In this document: positions 9,493-19,120 of the stretch, one piece after another | Numbering within the stretch: position 1 is the stretch's first letter | Layout: each line of letters opens with the position of its first letter | DNA from: an uncultured Candidatus Saccharibacteria bacterium | GTDB taxonomy: Bacteria; Patescibacteriota; Minisyncoccia; Phycocordibacterales; UBA1006 | NCBI GenBank assembly: GCA_964464735.1 | Contig: CAYXKF010000001.1 | Coordinates: 35,690-99,689 of the forward strand | Direction of reading: 5' to 3' | Length of the DNA: 64,000 nucleotides | Notes under the pieces: generated by a model | What the model was told of the DNA's origin: nothing | The model's database searches: none | The model's input: the letters and a program-made list of their open reading frames with translations, nothing else | Program-made: the position numbers and the translations under genes

Positions 9493-10206
9493 ATGAAAAA
9501 GCCCATCAAAAAAAATGCCCGTGCAGTATGGAACGCCGAATACGACGAACCGCAATATTTTACGATGTCGATGCAGCAAAGCGCCGAGCTGGGCCGTTTT
9601 GTGCGTTGGCTTAAGAAAGATTCGGGAAATGACATTTTTGAATACATCCGCGCGCTTGATGTTGGCTGCGGAAACGGTCGTAATTTATTGTACCTAGCCG
9701 AAAACTACGGCACAACCGGCATGGGATGCGATTTGTCCGATGTGGCTGTTGCTCAGGCGACCAGAGCGGCAAAAGAACACAACATCAAGGATGTATCATT
9801 TTTTGTACACGACCTTGCCGAAAAGTTTGCACTTGAAGACGCGTCGTTTGATTTAGTGATGGATATGATGGTGTCGCATTGTTTGGATAAAGCTGGGCGT
9901 GAACAATTTATTAAAGAGGTTGTTCGAATGCTAAAGCCTGGCGGATGGTATTTAGTAAAGACCTTCATGAAAGAAGGCGACCAACACGCAAAACGGTTGA
10001 TCGAAAAAAGCCCCGGCACCGAACCTGATTCGTACATTCATCCCCGCCTTGGCGTTATGGAGCATGTGTGGACAGAACAATCACTTCATGAATTTCTGGA
10101 GCCATATTTCAATATAAAATTTACTGTGCGTTCAAGCGGATACCAGCGCTGGAACAACCAGCCATACAAGCGCCGCTACATGGTGGTGTATGCCGAGAAA
10201 AAATAA
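9493..10206 (+). CDS. class I SAM-dependent methyltransferase
   Basis: ALDVGCGNGRN motif I, SFDLVMD, LKPGG. Confidence 0.9.
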   Translation: MKKPIKKNARAVWNAEYDEPQYFTMSMQQSAELGRFVRWLKKDSGNDIFEYIRALDVGCGNGRNLLYLAENYGTTGMGCDLSDVAVAQATRAAKEHNIKDVSFFVHDLAEKFALEDASFDLVMDMMVSHCLDKAGREQFIKEVVRMLKPGGWYLVKTFMKEGDQHAKRLIEKSPGTEPDSYIHPRLGVMEHVWTEQSLHEFLEPYFNIKFTVRSSGYQRWNNQPYKRRYMVVYAEKK

Positions 10207-10224
10207 AACGTGTATAATACAGCT

Positions 10225-10698
10225 ATGAAAATTGAGGAATCATTTAAGAAAATATTAACAAAAACCAGAAAAACTGCCGCCGTCATTACTGCAGTTGGTC
10301 TTAGTGTATTGCCTAAAATAAATGAAGCACAAACTCCCGCGTCAGTGGAAGGATCTCATTATCGAGAGTCGACGACGGTACCTCGTTTTCTTATTGATGC
10401 AGGTGTTTTTGATCCCAGTTTTAAACCTGGTTTTTATGACGAGTTGACCGAAAGAGGTATTCCTTTAGTTGAAAAGCGTATTCAGTATAATCCTGATGGC
10501 TCTATTGCACATTATTATGAAGATGTGCCCGAGCGAGGTATTACCAATATATTTGCCACAGAATATCCTAAAATAGTTTATTTTACTCGGATAAGGCAGC
10601 CTCAAGAAGAAGGCGCAGGAGTATTAGTTGATTATTTTGATAAGACGACAGGAAAACTGCTTGGTACATTGCCTGCAAGATTAACAAAGGATGAATAA
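10225..10698 (+). CDS. hypothetical protein with basic N-terminus and hydrophobic stretch
   Basis: ATG 10225 follows TATAAT; signal-like [13 protein letters not shown]. Confidence 0.65.
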   Translation: MKIEESFKKILTKTRKTAAVITAVGLSVLPKINEAQTPASVEGSHYRESTTVPRFLIDAGVFDPSFKPGFYDELTERGIPLVEKRIQYNPDGSIAHYYEDVPERGITNIFATEYPKIVYFTRIRQPQEEGAGVLVDYFDKTTGKLLGTLPARLTKDE

Positions 10699-11566
10699 AG
10701 AAGAAATCCAACAACAAATCGAAGTGCTTGAGGCGAAAATGTATGATCCTGATTTTTGGAATGACAAAGTGCAGGCGCAGCAAGTGCTTAAAGATATCGA
10801 GGATTTAAAGGCAAAACTTGAAGGCGGCGGCATGTACGATAAGGGTCCAGCAGTGCTTTCGATTTTCACCGGCGCGGGTGGCGACGATGCCGAAGATTTT
10901 TCGCGGATGCTTTTTGAAATGTATCAACGCTACATTGAACGCAAAGGGTGGCGATGGGTGGTAGTTGAAGAAAATAAAAACTCAATGGGCGGGTACCGAA
11001 GTTTGACGATCGAGATCGATGGAAAGAACGTTTATGGAACACTTAAAAATGAATCAGGCGTGCATCGGCTGGTGCGTATGTCGCCATTTAATTCGAAGGG
11101 TAAGCGCAACACATCGTTTAGTATGGTTGAAGTTTTACCCAAGTTCGAGAAGCTTGATTTTGTGATTCCTGAAACCGATCTTGAGATTAGCTTTGCCCGA
11201 AGCGGCGGCAAGGGTGGTCAAAACGTCAACAAGCGCGAAACGGCGGTACGCATTGTGCACAAGCCAACAAATTTGTCTGTGCATGCAACGACGCAACGCA
11301 GCCAAGAAGCAAATCGAGAACACGCGATGCAGTTGTTAAGCGCAAAAGTATGGCGGCATGAAGAAGAAAAAGCAAAAGCAGCCGAGCGGGGCATGGCGAT
11401 CAGTGCGACGACCGATAACGAATGGGGAAGCCAGATTCGCAGCTATGTGTTGCATCCGTACCAAATGGTAAAAGACCATCGCACCGGCGTTGAAACTTCA
11501 CAGGTAAGTAAGGTGTTAGATGACGGCGAGTTGGACGAATTTATAGATGCAGAGAAAGATATTTAA
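10691..11566 (+). CDS. prfB: peptide chain release factor 2 (short form)
   Basis: SPF motif (RMSPFN), GGQ ([11 protein letters not shown]), [13 protein letters not shown]. Confidence 0.95.
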   Translation: MNKEEIQQQIEVLEAKMYDPDFWNDKVQAQQVLKDIEDLKAKLEGGGMYDKGPAVLSIFTGAGGDDAEDFSRMLFEMYQRYIERKGWRWVVVEENKNSMGGYRSLTIEIDGKNVYGTLKNESGVHRLVRMSPFNSKGKRNTSFSMVEVLPKFEKLDFVIPETDLEISFARSGGKGGQNVNKRETAVRIVHKPTNLSVHATTQRSQEANREHAMQLLSAKVWRHEEEKAKAAERGMAISATTDNEWGSQIRSYVLHPYQMVKDHRTGVETSQVSKVLDDGELDEFIDAEKDI

Positions 11567-11600
11567 TATATAATCTCTTATTATATATTACCCTAGCTCT

Positions 11601-12104
11601 ATGAAGGAATTTCTTGTCCCTAAAATAGAAAAAAAGAATCAGGATGGAGTAATTGGTAATCCTGAGGTTTCAAGTCAAAAGATTCTGGAGTTAAATGAGC
11701 TTGAAAAGAAAGTTAAGGATGCGATTTCTCATTACGAACAAAATGCCGAGGATGCAGCGGTGCAGATGGATCGGTTTACGGATATGCAAAGCCAATTGCG
11801 GACAGTCGAGGAGGAACGAAATCCAGGATGGGCACTCGTGGCACGGGAATTGCGAAAACAGATTGATCACGCACAAACATGGGGAGGTCCAGGAGCTAAA
11901 AAGGGTTTTGAAAGCTGGAAACAGTCATATTTTATTCCCCAAATTAAACAGTATTACAGCCAATTAAAAAACGAACATAGTAGGGATGGTAGCACTAGTG
12001 CCGAGCAGCAAGAGGTGGACAAAATCATTAAAAGAACAATGAGACAACTTGAAGATTATAGTATGTATCTTGGTGACCAGGATGAGCATCAGATGGCAGC
12101 TTAA
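11601..12104 (+). CDS. hypothetical helical protein
   Basis: 167 aa ORF filling the gap between prfB and ftsE; charged and coiled-coil-like. Confidence 0.65.
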   Translation: MKEFLVPKIEKKNQDGVIGNPEVSSQKILELNELEKKVKDAISHYEQNAEDAAVQMDRFTDMQSQLRTVEEERNPGWALVARELRKQIDHAQTWGGPGAKKGFESWKQSYFIPQIKQYYSQLKNEHSRDGSTSAEQQEVDKIIKRTMRQLEDYSMYLGDQDEHQMAA

Positions 12105-12145
12105 CGGATTTTTCTTTTCAAAAAACCCGTGTATAATAATCAGGT

Positions 12146-12820
12146 ATGATTCATTTTAATCGTGTAACAAAAGCGTATCGCGACACTCCTGCAGTGCGCG
12201 ACATTTCTTTTACCGTCGGCAAGGGAGAATTTGTCATTTTATCTGGCCCGTCGGGTTCAGGAAAAACAACCCTGTTAAAACTTTTGATCGGACACGAACA
12301 TCCGACCGAAGGCGAGGTGTCTTTTCATTCACGCCCAATTGATTCTTTGTCGGATAGTGAACTGCAAGAATTTCGCCAATCACTTGGTATTGCCTTTCAA
12401 GATTTTCGCTTAATTTCTGACAAGACCGCTTACGAAAACGTCGCCTATATGATCGAGCATGCCGTGGCGCACGATATGGTAAAGCCCGACGTCATGTATG
12501 TGTTAAAGCTGGTCGGGTTAGATCACAAGCACACGAGCTTCCCGCACGAACTATCTGGTGGCGAAAAGCAGCGCTTGGCATTGGCTCGCGCGATTGTGCA
12601 CCAGCCGTCAATTATTTTGGCTGACGAACCGACGGCAAACCTAGATCACGAAAATGCAAGCCTGATTGTTGATATTTTAAAGCGCCTTAACGAGCTGGGA
12701 GCTACCGTTATCTTGGCAACTCATAATACGCATGTAATTGAAAATCTTGGCAAGCGGACGCTTAGGTTGAATCGTGGTAAGCTTGAACACGATTCGCATA
12801 CGGCGAAAAAATCTCACTAA
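12146..12820 (+). CDS. ftsE: cell division ATP-binding protein FtsE
   Basis: GPSGSGKTT, FQDFRLI, LSGGEKQR, ADEPTANLD; followed by FtsX. Confidence 0.88.
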   Translation: MIHFNRVTKAYRDTPAVRDISFTVGKGEFVILSGPSGSGKTTLLKLLIGHEHPTEGEVSFHSRPIDSLSDSELQEFRQSLGIAFQDFRLISDKTAYENVAYMIEHAVAHDMVKPDVMYVLKLVGLDHKHTSFPHELSGGEKQRLALARAIVHQPSIILADEPTANLDHENASLIVDILKRLNELGATVILATHNTHVIENLGKRTLRLNRGKLEHDSHTAKKSH

Positions 12821-12824
12821 TAGT

Positions 12825-13754
12825 ATGAAGAATCCAACAACACATCGACTGTTTCGTGATGGCTTTACCTCGATCGCACGATCAAGCGCTTTTTCGTTTG
12901 CAACCGGCGTCGTCGCGTTTTTGGCGGCATTGATGATCATCGTTGCAATTTTGGCATACGGTTTAAGTGCAAACGTGCGCAGTACCATCGCGTCAAAAGT
13001 CGACATGAACGTGTATTTTTTTCCAGCAACTGATCAGGCGATTGTCGAAGCATTTGCGGGCTTTGCCCAAAGCCGCAGCGAAGTGGCAAGCGCAACTATT
13101 GTTACCCGCGCAGAAGCGCTTGAAGCATTTCGTGCGCGCCATGCAAACGACGCGCTTACATTGCAGGCGCTTGATGAATTAAACGAAAATCCCTTGGGTG
13201 CTTCGGTAATAATCCAAACCCATGAACCTTCGCAGCTTAAAGCGGTTGCAACATTGTTAAATGGAGACACCGACGCCGTTAAACAGTTTTATCCGTACAT
13301 CGAACGTGTAAATTATTTTGACCACGAACAAATTATCGACCGCTTTAATATCTTTTCGGGTACGTTAAAGGCAATTATTATTGCAGTTGTCATTGGTACG
13401 CTTCTATTAGTTACGATGCTTATGTATACGATGGCAAAGGTACACATGATCGCCGATTTTGAAATGCATGAAACCAAGCGACTGCTTGGCGCCGAAAAAG
13501 CATCAATTGTCGCACCGCGTATTATCAGCAGTTTGATCATCAGCGCCACAGCCGCAACGATTGCGCTTATTGTGGGTGTCATTGCATCATGGCAATTAAC
13601 CAATATTTCTGGACGATTTTTTGAAGGTTTTAGCTTTGATGGATTTTTACTGCAATCGCTTCCGTTAGTATGCGCCGTGGTATATACCGTGTTATTTTTG
13701 TGTGCCATTGGTACGACATTCGTTGCATATTCGACCACGTCGCGCGCTCGTTAA
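12825..13754 (+). CDS. ftsX: cell division permease FtsX
   Basis: TM, extracellular loop (KVDMNVYF, NPLGAS), then 3 TM; downstream of ftsE. Confidence 0.85.
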   Translation: MKNPTTHRLFRDGFTSIARSSAFSFATGVVAFLAALMIIVAILAYGLSANVRSTIASKVDMNVYFFPATDQAIVEAFAGFAQSRSEVASATIVTRAEALEAFRARHANDALTLQALDELNENPLGASVIIQTHEPSQLKAVATLLNGDTDAVKQFYPYIERVNYFDHEQIIDRFNIFSGTLKAIIIAVVIGTLLLVTMLMYTMAKVHMIADFEMHETKRLLGAEKASIVAPRIISSLIISATAATIALIVGVIASWQLTNISGRFFEGFSFDGFLLQSLPLVCAVVYTVLFLCAIGTTFVAYSTTSRAR

Positions 13755-13779
13755 TTAATTATCATAAAAAAGGTATCGC

Positions 13780-15432
13780 ATGAAAAACAAAAAGCATAAA
13801 ACAAAGTATGTGTTCGTTGTCGGTGGAGTAATGTCGGGTGTTGGTAAGGGGATCACGACTTCTTCGATCGGGACACTGCTTTCATCGTACGGACTTAAGG
13901 TTGCACTAATGAAGGCTGACCCATATTTAAATGTGGATGCCGGTACCATGAACCCAATTGAACACGGCGAAGTGTTTGTACTTAATAGTGGCCTTGAGAC
14001 CGATCAGGATATGGGCAATTACGAACGCTTCTTAAACAAAAGTTTACCGGCCGAAAATTACATGACCAACGGTATGGTGTTTCAATATGTCATCAATAAG
14101 GAACGCGCGTTAGGGTACGGTGGTAAATGCGTCGAGCCAACTTTCCATATTACCGAAGAGATCATGCGCCGTATTAACGCTGCATCAGAAGCATCAAAGG
14201 CCGATGTGATGGTTATTGAAATTGGGGGAACGGTAGGCGAATACCAAAACGCGATCTTTCTTGAAGTGATCCGTCATCTTAAGAACAAGTGTCCGCAGTG
14301 TATTCAAACTGTTATGGTTAGCTATCTGCCAATTCCATCAAAAATCGGCGAGATGAAGACCAAGCCTACCCAAAATGCTGTACGCCAGCTTAACAGCTAT
14401 GGTATCCAGCCTGACTTTATTGTCGCTCGTGCTGAACATGCGGTTGATGACAAGCGCAAAGAAAAAATTGCCGACATGTGTGGCGTTGCTGCTGACCATA
14501 TTATCTCGGCGCCTGACGTCGAAAGCATTTATGATGTGCCACTGAACTTTAAAAAAGATGGCTTTGGCGAAACACTTATTGAATCGCTTGGTATTCGTAC
14601 AAAGCAATCTGACTTGTCAGAGTGGGCAGGGTTTGTGTCGAAAATGAAAAAAGCGAAGCAAGAAATCAAAATTGCCATCGTTGGTAAATATTTTTCAAGC
14701 GGAGGATACGTACTTTCGGATGTATATATTTCGATCATTGAAGCGCTGAAGGTTTCGGCCGCAGCTCAAGGGGTAAGGCTTTCGATTGATTGGTATGACT
14801 CACGCTCGTTCGAGGCGAATCCTAAAAAATCGCTTCAGGTCTTACAACAATATGGCGGCATTTTGGTTCCGGGCGGGTTTGGTTCGGGTGGTATCGAAGG
14901 CAAAATTAACGTCATCGAATTTGCACGAACGAAAAAGATCCCATACTTTGGCATTTGCTACGGCATGCAGCTTGCAGTAATTGAATTTGCGCGAAATGCG
15001 GTCAAGCTTAAAGGCGCCCATACTCAAGAAGTGGACAAGGGGGCGCCCCATCCGATTGTTATGGTGCTTCCTGACCAGGAACTATTAATAAGCGGTGGCA
15101 AGATGGGCGGCACAATGCGCCTGGGCGCGTATTCATGCAGCGTCAAAAAGGGAACACATGCTTATGATGCCTATAAAAAAACAACCATTACCGAACGCCA
15201 TCGTCATCGCTACGAAGTAAATCCTGCGTACCACGACATTCTTCAAAAATCAGGTATGGTGTTTTCAGGTATGTCACCCGATGGTCGCCTGGTTGAAATC
15301 GCCGAATTGCCTAAAAACAAACATCCGTTTTTCGTTGGTGTGCAGTTTCATCCCGAATTTTTGGCGCGTCCGCTTGACCCGCACCCATTGTTTAGTGCGT
15401 TTATCAAGGCTGCAAAAAAGGGCAAAAAATAA
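13780..15432 (+). CDS. pyrG: CTP synthase
   Basis: GGVMSGVGKG, DPYLNVDAGTMNP, GICYGMQ, ERHRHRYE, QFHPEF. Confidence 0.98.
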   Translation: MKNKKHKTKYVFVVGGVMSGVGKGITTSSIGTLLSSYGLKVALMKADPYLNVDAGTMNPIEHGEVFVLNSGLETDQDMGNYERFLNKSLPAENYMTNGMVFQYVINKERALGYGGKCVEPTFHITEEIMRRINAASEASKADVMVIEIGGTVGEYQNAIFLEVIRHLKNKCPQCIQTVMVSYLPIPSKIGEMKTKPTQNAVRQLNSYGIQPDFIVARAEHAVDDKRKEKIADMCGVAADHIISAPDVESIYDVPLNFKKDGFGETLIESLGIRTKQSDLSEWAGFVSKMKKAKQEIKIAIVGKYFSSGGYVLSDVYISIIEALKVSAAAQGVRLSIDWYDSRSFEANPKKSLQVLQQYGGILVPGGFGSGGIEGKINVIEFARTKKIPYFGICYGMQLAVIEFARNAVKLKGAHTQEVDKGAPHPIVMVLPDQELLISGGKMGGTMRLGAYSCSVKKGTHAYDAYKKTTITERHRHRYEVNPAYHDILQKSGMVFSGMSPDGRLVEIAELPKNKHPFFVGVQFHPEFLARPLDPHPLFSAFIKAAKKGKK

Positions 15433-15446
15433 GAAGGCGATTTTTT

Positions 15447-15541
15447 ATCAGACCTTCCAAAAACCCGAATATTTGCCTGCTGACAAATTTCGTCCACCTC
15501 GGGGCCTAGCCCCTGCGGTGAGCTTTTTGGAAAGGTCTGAT
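15447..15541. repeat. Y-shaped palindromic intergenic element (REP/MITE-like or structured RNA)
   Basis: Outer inverted repeat ATCAGACCTTCCAAAAA / TTTTTGGAAAGGTCTGAT enclosing two hairpins. Confidence 0.6.
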
Positions 15542-15592
15542 CGGTAGTTTTTAAGAAATGACAACTTTATTTTATTTTGTTACTCTTTTATT

Positions 15593-16075
15593 ATGAAATA
15601 CACTCTTTGTATTCCAGTTAAAGACAATCAAATCCTTCTTGGAAAAAAGACCAGCGGATTTTTGACCGGAAAATATAATGGCTTTGGAGGCAAGATCGAA
15701 CCAGGCGAAAGCGTGTACAATTCTGCCGTGCGAGAACTCCAAGAAGAATGCGATATTACGCCGACAAGCATGGACCTTGTTGGTGTCATTTATTTTGATT
15801 CGCCCAATTATCTTGAAACCGGCATCATGCATGTCTTTAAGGTAACCGCATGGGAAGGTATCCCTAAGCAAATCGAAAAAATGATCCCACAGTGGTTTGA
15901 TAATGATAAGATCCCGTACGACCAAATGTGCACCGATGACCCATTTTGGTTTCCGTTATTTTTAGAAGGCAAAACATTTGAAGCAAAATTTAAGTTTGGT
16001 GAAGATATGGTAGTGCTTGAACATGAAGTTGTCGAGAAAGATTTAAGTAATTTAAATATTCACACGATGAAATAA
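15593..16075 (+). CDS. NUDIX hydrolase (MTH1/8-oxo-dGTPase-like)
   Basis: GKYNGFGGKIEPGES..AVRELQEE Nudix box; IPYDQM.DD.FWFP as in MTH1. Confidence 0.88.
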   Translation: MKYTLCIPVKDNQILLGKKTSGFLTGKYNGFGGKIEPGESVYNSAVRELQEECDITPTSMDLVGVIYFDSPNYLETGIMHVFKVTAWEGIPKQIEKMIPQWFDNDKIPYDQMCTDDPFWFPLFLEGKTFEAKFKFGEDMVVLEHEVVEKDLSNLNIHTMK

Positions 16076-16081
16076 AAAGAA

Positions 16082-16106
16082 CCCTCTGCTTTGCAGAGGG
16101 CCTTTA
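16082..16106. terminator. hairpin terminator between convergent genes
   Basis: CCCTCTGC-TTT-GCAGAGGG flanked by A and T tracts. Confidence 0.65.
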
Positions 16107-16128
16107 TTGTTGTTGATGCGTTTAAATT

Positions 16129-17274
16129 TTAATGTGCCCAAGGTTGGCTTAATAGTATAAGTGCAATTAAGTACCATCCAATGAGTTTTTGAAGTATTAG
16201 GCAGAAACCCACTACGTTGTTATTTTTTAGCTGTATAATTGCTTCACTCCTTAATGGACTACCAGGAAAGAAATTGTCGAGCGCGAAATAAAATGAATAA
16301 ACTATTTTGGTAAACCATGAATTCTTCGTGTGTGAACGCAAATTTAGTAGGTACACTTGCGAAAACAGTAAGATCAATATCAAGGCTGTCCAAAGTATTC
16401 GCATCGGCCGCATGCCATATCCATAGGTGAGCTCCAGAAACAAGTATTCGCATGTTTTTAAGAAGAAAGGTTTCAACTTTCTTTGTTCAGTGCGATGGGT
16501 GAAATAAACATCATTTGCTTCGGCGTACTTTCCTTGGTCACGGTAATTTTTCTCAAGAGCTAAGAAAAATACAGGATCATATACAACACATTTTTTTAAA
16601 CTAAATCCGTTTGAATCTGGAAACCATGGAAATTCAAATCTTGAAAATCCATAGGTGTTAGTAAAATCTATTGTATCGTTGCTTGTTAGCAAGCAACCTC
16701 TAAATATGGTTGTTTCCTCAAACTGATTGTCTTTAAGATTTATTCCTTGTTTGAAATTATTACCAATAAATCTTACATTATTAAAGACGGTTTGATTAAA
16801 CGTAATTTCTTTTTCGAAGGTACATTTAGTGAACTGCAGATGTTTTTCAAATTTACTGTAGTAACATCTGAATGCTCCTTTAAAAGTGCAAGCGTAAAAG
16901 TAGGCATCGGGGCAATTAAGTTCATTGATGTAAACGTTTTGAGTAAAAACGCACATTGTAAAAGTCAGGTGGCTGTAAAAAGTAGCGTCGTCAGCGTATA
17001 GGCCGTCAAATTCTACATTTCTAAAGTTTACATCAGGATATTGAACATCTCTATTGTGAAATGTAAGATGTCCTTCCACCTTACAATATTCAATATATAT
17101 GTTTTTGTCTTCCTTTAACGCTTTATTGATGGTGTCTGCTGAGACAATTATAATTGAATCTGGTGTTCCTTCAAATATAAGGCTTCCATAATAATTGGCC
17201 GGAATTGTGTCTTTGGTCTTTGTATATGCAATCTGTGCTATTGCACAAAGGCATAAAAGTAGTACTTTATTCAT
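16129..17274 (-). CDS. signal-peptide-bearing pentapeptide-repeat protein with C-terminal membrane domain (orphan cassette)
   Basis: Signal peptide; xxFxxxxF repeats (ATFYSHLTF, CTFKGAFRC, CTFEKEITF); C-terminal YGYGMRPMR plus TMs and YFALDNF. Confidence 0.75.
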   Translation of the reverse strand: MNKVLLLCLCAIAQIAYTKTKDTIPANYYGSLIFEGTPDSIIIVSADTINKALKEDKNIYIEYCKVEGHLTFHNRDVQYPDVNFRNVEFDGLYADDATFYSHLTFTMCVFTQNVYINELNCPDAYFYACTFKGAFRCYYSKFEKHLQFTKCTFEKEITFNQTVFNNVRFIGNNFKQGINLKDNQFEETTIFRGCLLTSNDTIDFTNTYGFSRFEFPWFPDSNGFSLKKCVVYDPVFFLALEKNYRDQGKYAEANDVYFTHRTEQRKLKPFFLKTCEYLFLELTYGYGMRPMRILWTALILILLFSQVYLLNLRSHTKNSWFTKIVYSFYFALDNFFPGSPLRSEAIIQLKNNNVVGFCLILQKLIGWYLIALILLSQPWAH

Positions 17275-17379
17275 GTTTTAGTTTGGTGGGTTTTTGGTGA
17301 AGAAACCACGCCGTTCAACTATTTAAAAGGTATAGTTTCTTCACCAATGCTGCTTTTCAAAGTATGAGAATTCGAATGT

Positions 17380-17408
17380 ATAATAGCATATATTAATAGA
17401 TATGTCAA
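17380..17408 (-). promoter_or_regulatory. sigma70-type promoter of 16129..17274
   Basis: Minus strand TTGACA-17nt-TATTAT. Confidence 0.65.
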
Positions 17409-17477
17409 TTTCGCTTTTGCAGGGTGAAATTCTAAAAACCTATTGATTTATCAAGGTTTAATTATTATTCTACAAAT

Positions 17478-18116
17478 ATGAACAAATCTATAAAATTAAT
17501 CTGCTTTGACATGGACAAGACGGTAATCAACCAAAGCAGCTGGTATAAGCTAAATTTGGCGTTGGGAATGACTCATGATGACGACATGGCGCTGTATAAC
17601 GCATACCTTCGAAACGAATTCAATTATGTCGAATGGACAGCGAAAATTTTGCAATTTTATAAAAAAAGTCCTAAAGCGAATCGCACCGACATGCTGACTA
17701 TTTTATCGGACTACCAGTTTGTTCCTGGTGCTGTCGAGACCGTTGCATATTTGCAGGCAAAAGGGTATAAGGTTGCGCTTATTTCGGGTGCGGTTGATGT
17801 GATGGTTAACTTAGCGGCAAGCGACCTTAATGTCGATTTTGCCGAAGCATGCAATACCTTGGTCTTTGACGAAGATGGGCGGCTGACCGATTTGATTCCG
17901 TGCGTCAGTGATATTTCGGCAAAGCTTGAATATCTTCAAAATATTTGTGACCGCCTTGGTATCGATATTACCCAATGTGCATGCGTGGGGGACGGCGATA
18001 ATGACATTGCACTTTTTCGTGCAACAAAGCACGGCATAACGTTTACCGATTCGCATATTAAAGACGAAGCATGGAAAGTTATAGACAAACTTGCTGACCT
18101 ACAGGAAATTTTTTAA
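17478..18116 (+). CDS. HAD-IB phosphatase (SerB-like)
   Basis: FDMDKT motif I, ISG, K, VGDGDND. Confidence 0.85.
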   Translation: MNKSIKLICFDMDKTVINQSSWYKLNLALGMTHDDDMALYNAYLRNEFNYVEWTAKILQFYKKSPKANRTDMLTILSDYQFVPGAVETVAYLQAKGYKVALISGAVDVMVNLAASDLNVDFAEACNTLVFDEDGRLTDLIPCVSDISAKLEYLQNICDRLGIDITQCACVGDGDNDIALFRATKHGITFTDSHIKDEAWKVIDKLADLQEIF

Positions 18117-18249
18117 TACTTTGTGCCTAGATTGAATTATTTTGACAAAAACTCAATTTTCCGGTCAATTTACTATACGATAAATATATATTGTAAAACG
18201 ATAAACAATAGTGTAAGCTTATAGCATTAACTTATAAGCGTTTACTACT

Positions 18250-18735
18250 ATGAAAAAAGGATCCACTTTATTTTTACGTCTTGCAATTATTGGTATTGGC
18301 ATCATTGCCTTTGGATTTTGCATTTTTTTAGTTCCTTCGATTGGCAGCGACATCATAGACGAATGGCCGTCACTGTATTACATACATTATATCGTTATGA
18401 CCGTGTCGTATCTTTCGGTCATTCCTTTTTTTATTATCTTGGCTCAAGGTTGGCGGCTGTTAAATTTTGTCGATAAAAATACTGCTTTTTCGCAGGTATC
18501 GGTCAAAGCCTTAAATTGGATAAAATATTCTGCAGTGATTATCGGGATACTTTATGCCCTTTATGTTCCTTTTTTATTTTATCCCGTTGCCCAAGCAGAT
18601 GATGCCCCTGGTGTGATTATTATAGGACTTGTCATCGCTGGTACCCCATTTGTTTTTGCAGTTTTCACAGCAGTACTTAAGCGACTTCTTCAGAATGCCA
18701 TCGAATTTAAAAGCGAGAACGAGCTAACTGTATAG
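18250..18735 (+). CDS. DUF2975 membrane protein
   Basis: AFSQVSVKALNWIK, ADDAPG, AIEFKSENELTV C-terminus; upstream of HTH gene. Confidence 0.88.
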   Translation: MKKGSTLFLRLAIIGIGIIAFGFCIFLVPSIGSDIIDEWPSLYYIHYIVMTVSYLSVIPFFIILAQGWRLLNFVDKNTAFSQVSVKALNWIKYSAVIIGILYALYVPFLFYPVAQADDAPGVIIIGLVIAGTPFVFAVFTAVLKRLLQNAIEFKSENELTV

Positions 18736-18739
18736 TTGT

Positions 18740-18949
18740 ATGGCAATAGTCATCAACATAGACGTCATGTTGGCAAAACGCAAAATGAGCGTCACCGAAC
18801 TTTCAGAAAAAGTGGGCATCACCATGGCCAACTTATCGATCCTTAAAAACGCAAAAGCAAAAGCGGTTAGGCTTTCGACCCTTGAAGCAATTTGCAAGGC
18901 GCTTGATTGCCAGCCGGGCGATATCCTTGAATATCGAAAAGGCAAATAG
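18740..18949 (+). CDS. Cro/C1-type HTH regulator (YozG-like)
   Basis: LDVMLAKRKM-type start, GITMANLSILK, TLEAICKALDCQPGDILEY. Confidence 0.92.
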   Translation: MAIVINIDVMLAKRKMSVTELSEKVGITMANLSILKNAKAKAVRLSTLEAICKALDCQPGDILEYRKGK

Positions 18950-18958
18950 GTGTACTTG

Positions 18959-19029
18959 TTGCCGGACTAGGACTCGAACCTAGATACCAAGGACCAAAAC
19001 CTTGTGTCCTACCATTAGACGATCCGGCA
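18959..19029 (-). tRNA. tRNA-Gln (TTG)
   Basis: Minus strand TGCCGGATCGTCTAATGGTAGGAC-ACAAGG-TTTTGGT-CCTTG..GGTTCGAGTCC. Confidence 0.93.
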
Positions 19030-19120
19030 ATACGGTACAAGGATAGCTTTTTTAGGCCATAAATCAAGCCTTTATTTAAGCACTAGCCGTGCTATACTCT
19101 GCGCGCTGAATATTGGCTAT

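Noticed and set aside
15447-15541. Hammerhead ribozyme
   Set aside because: It is a three-way junction with a GAAA on the minus strand, but no CUGANGA core sits at the junction on either strand.
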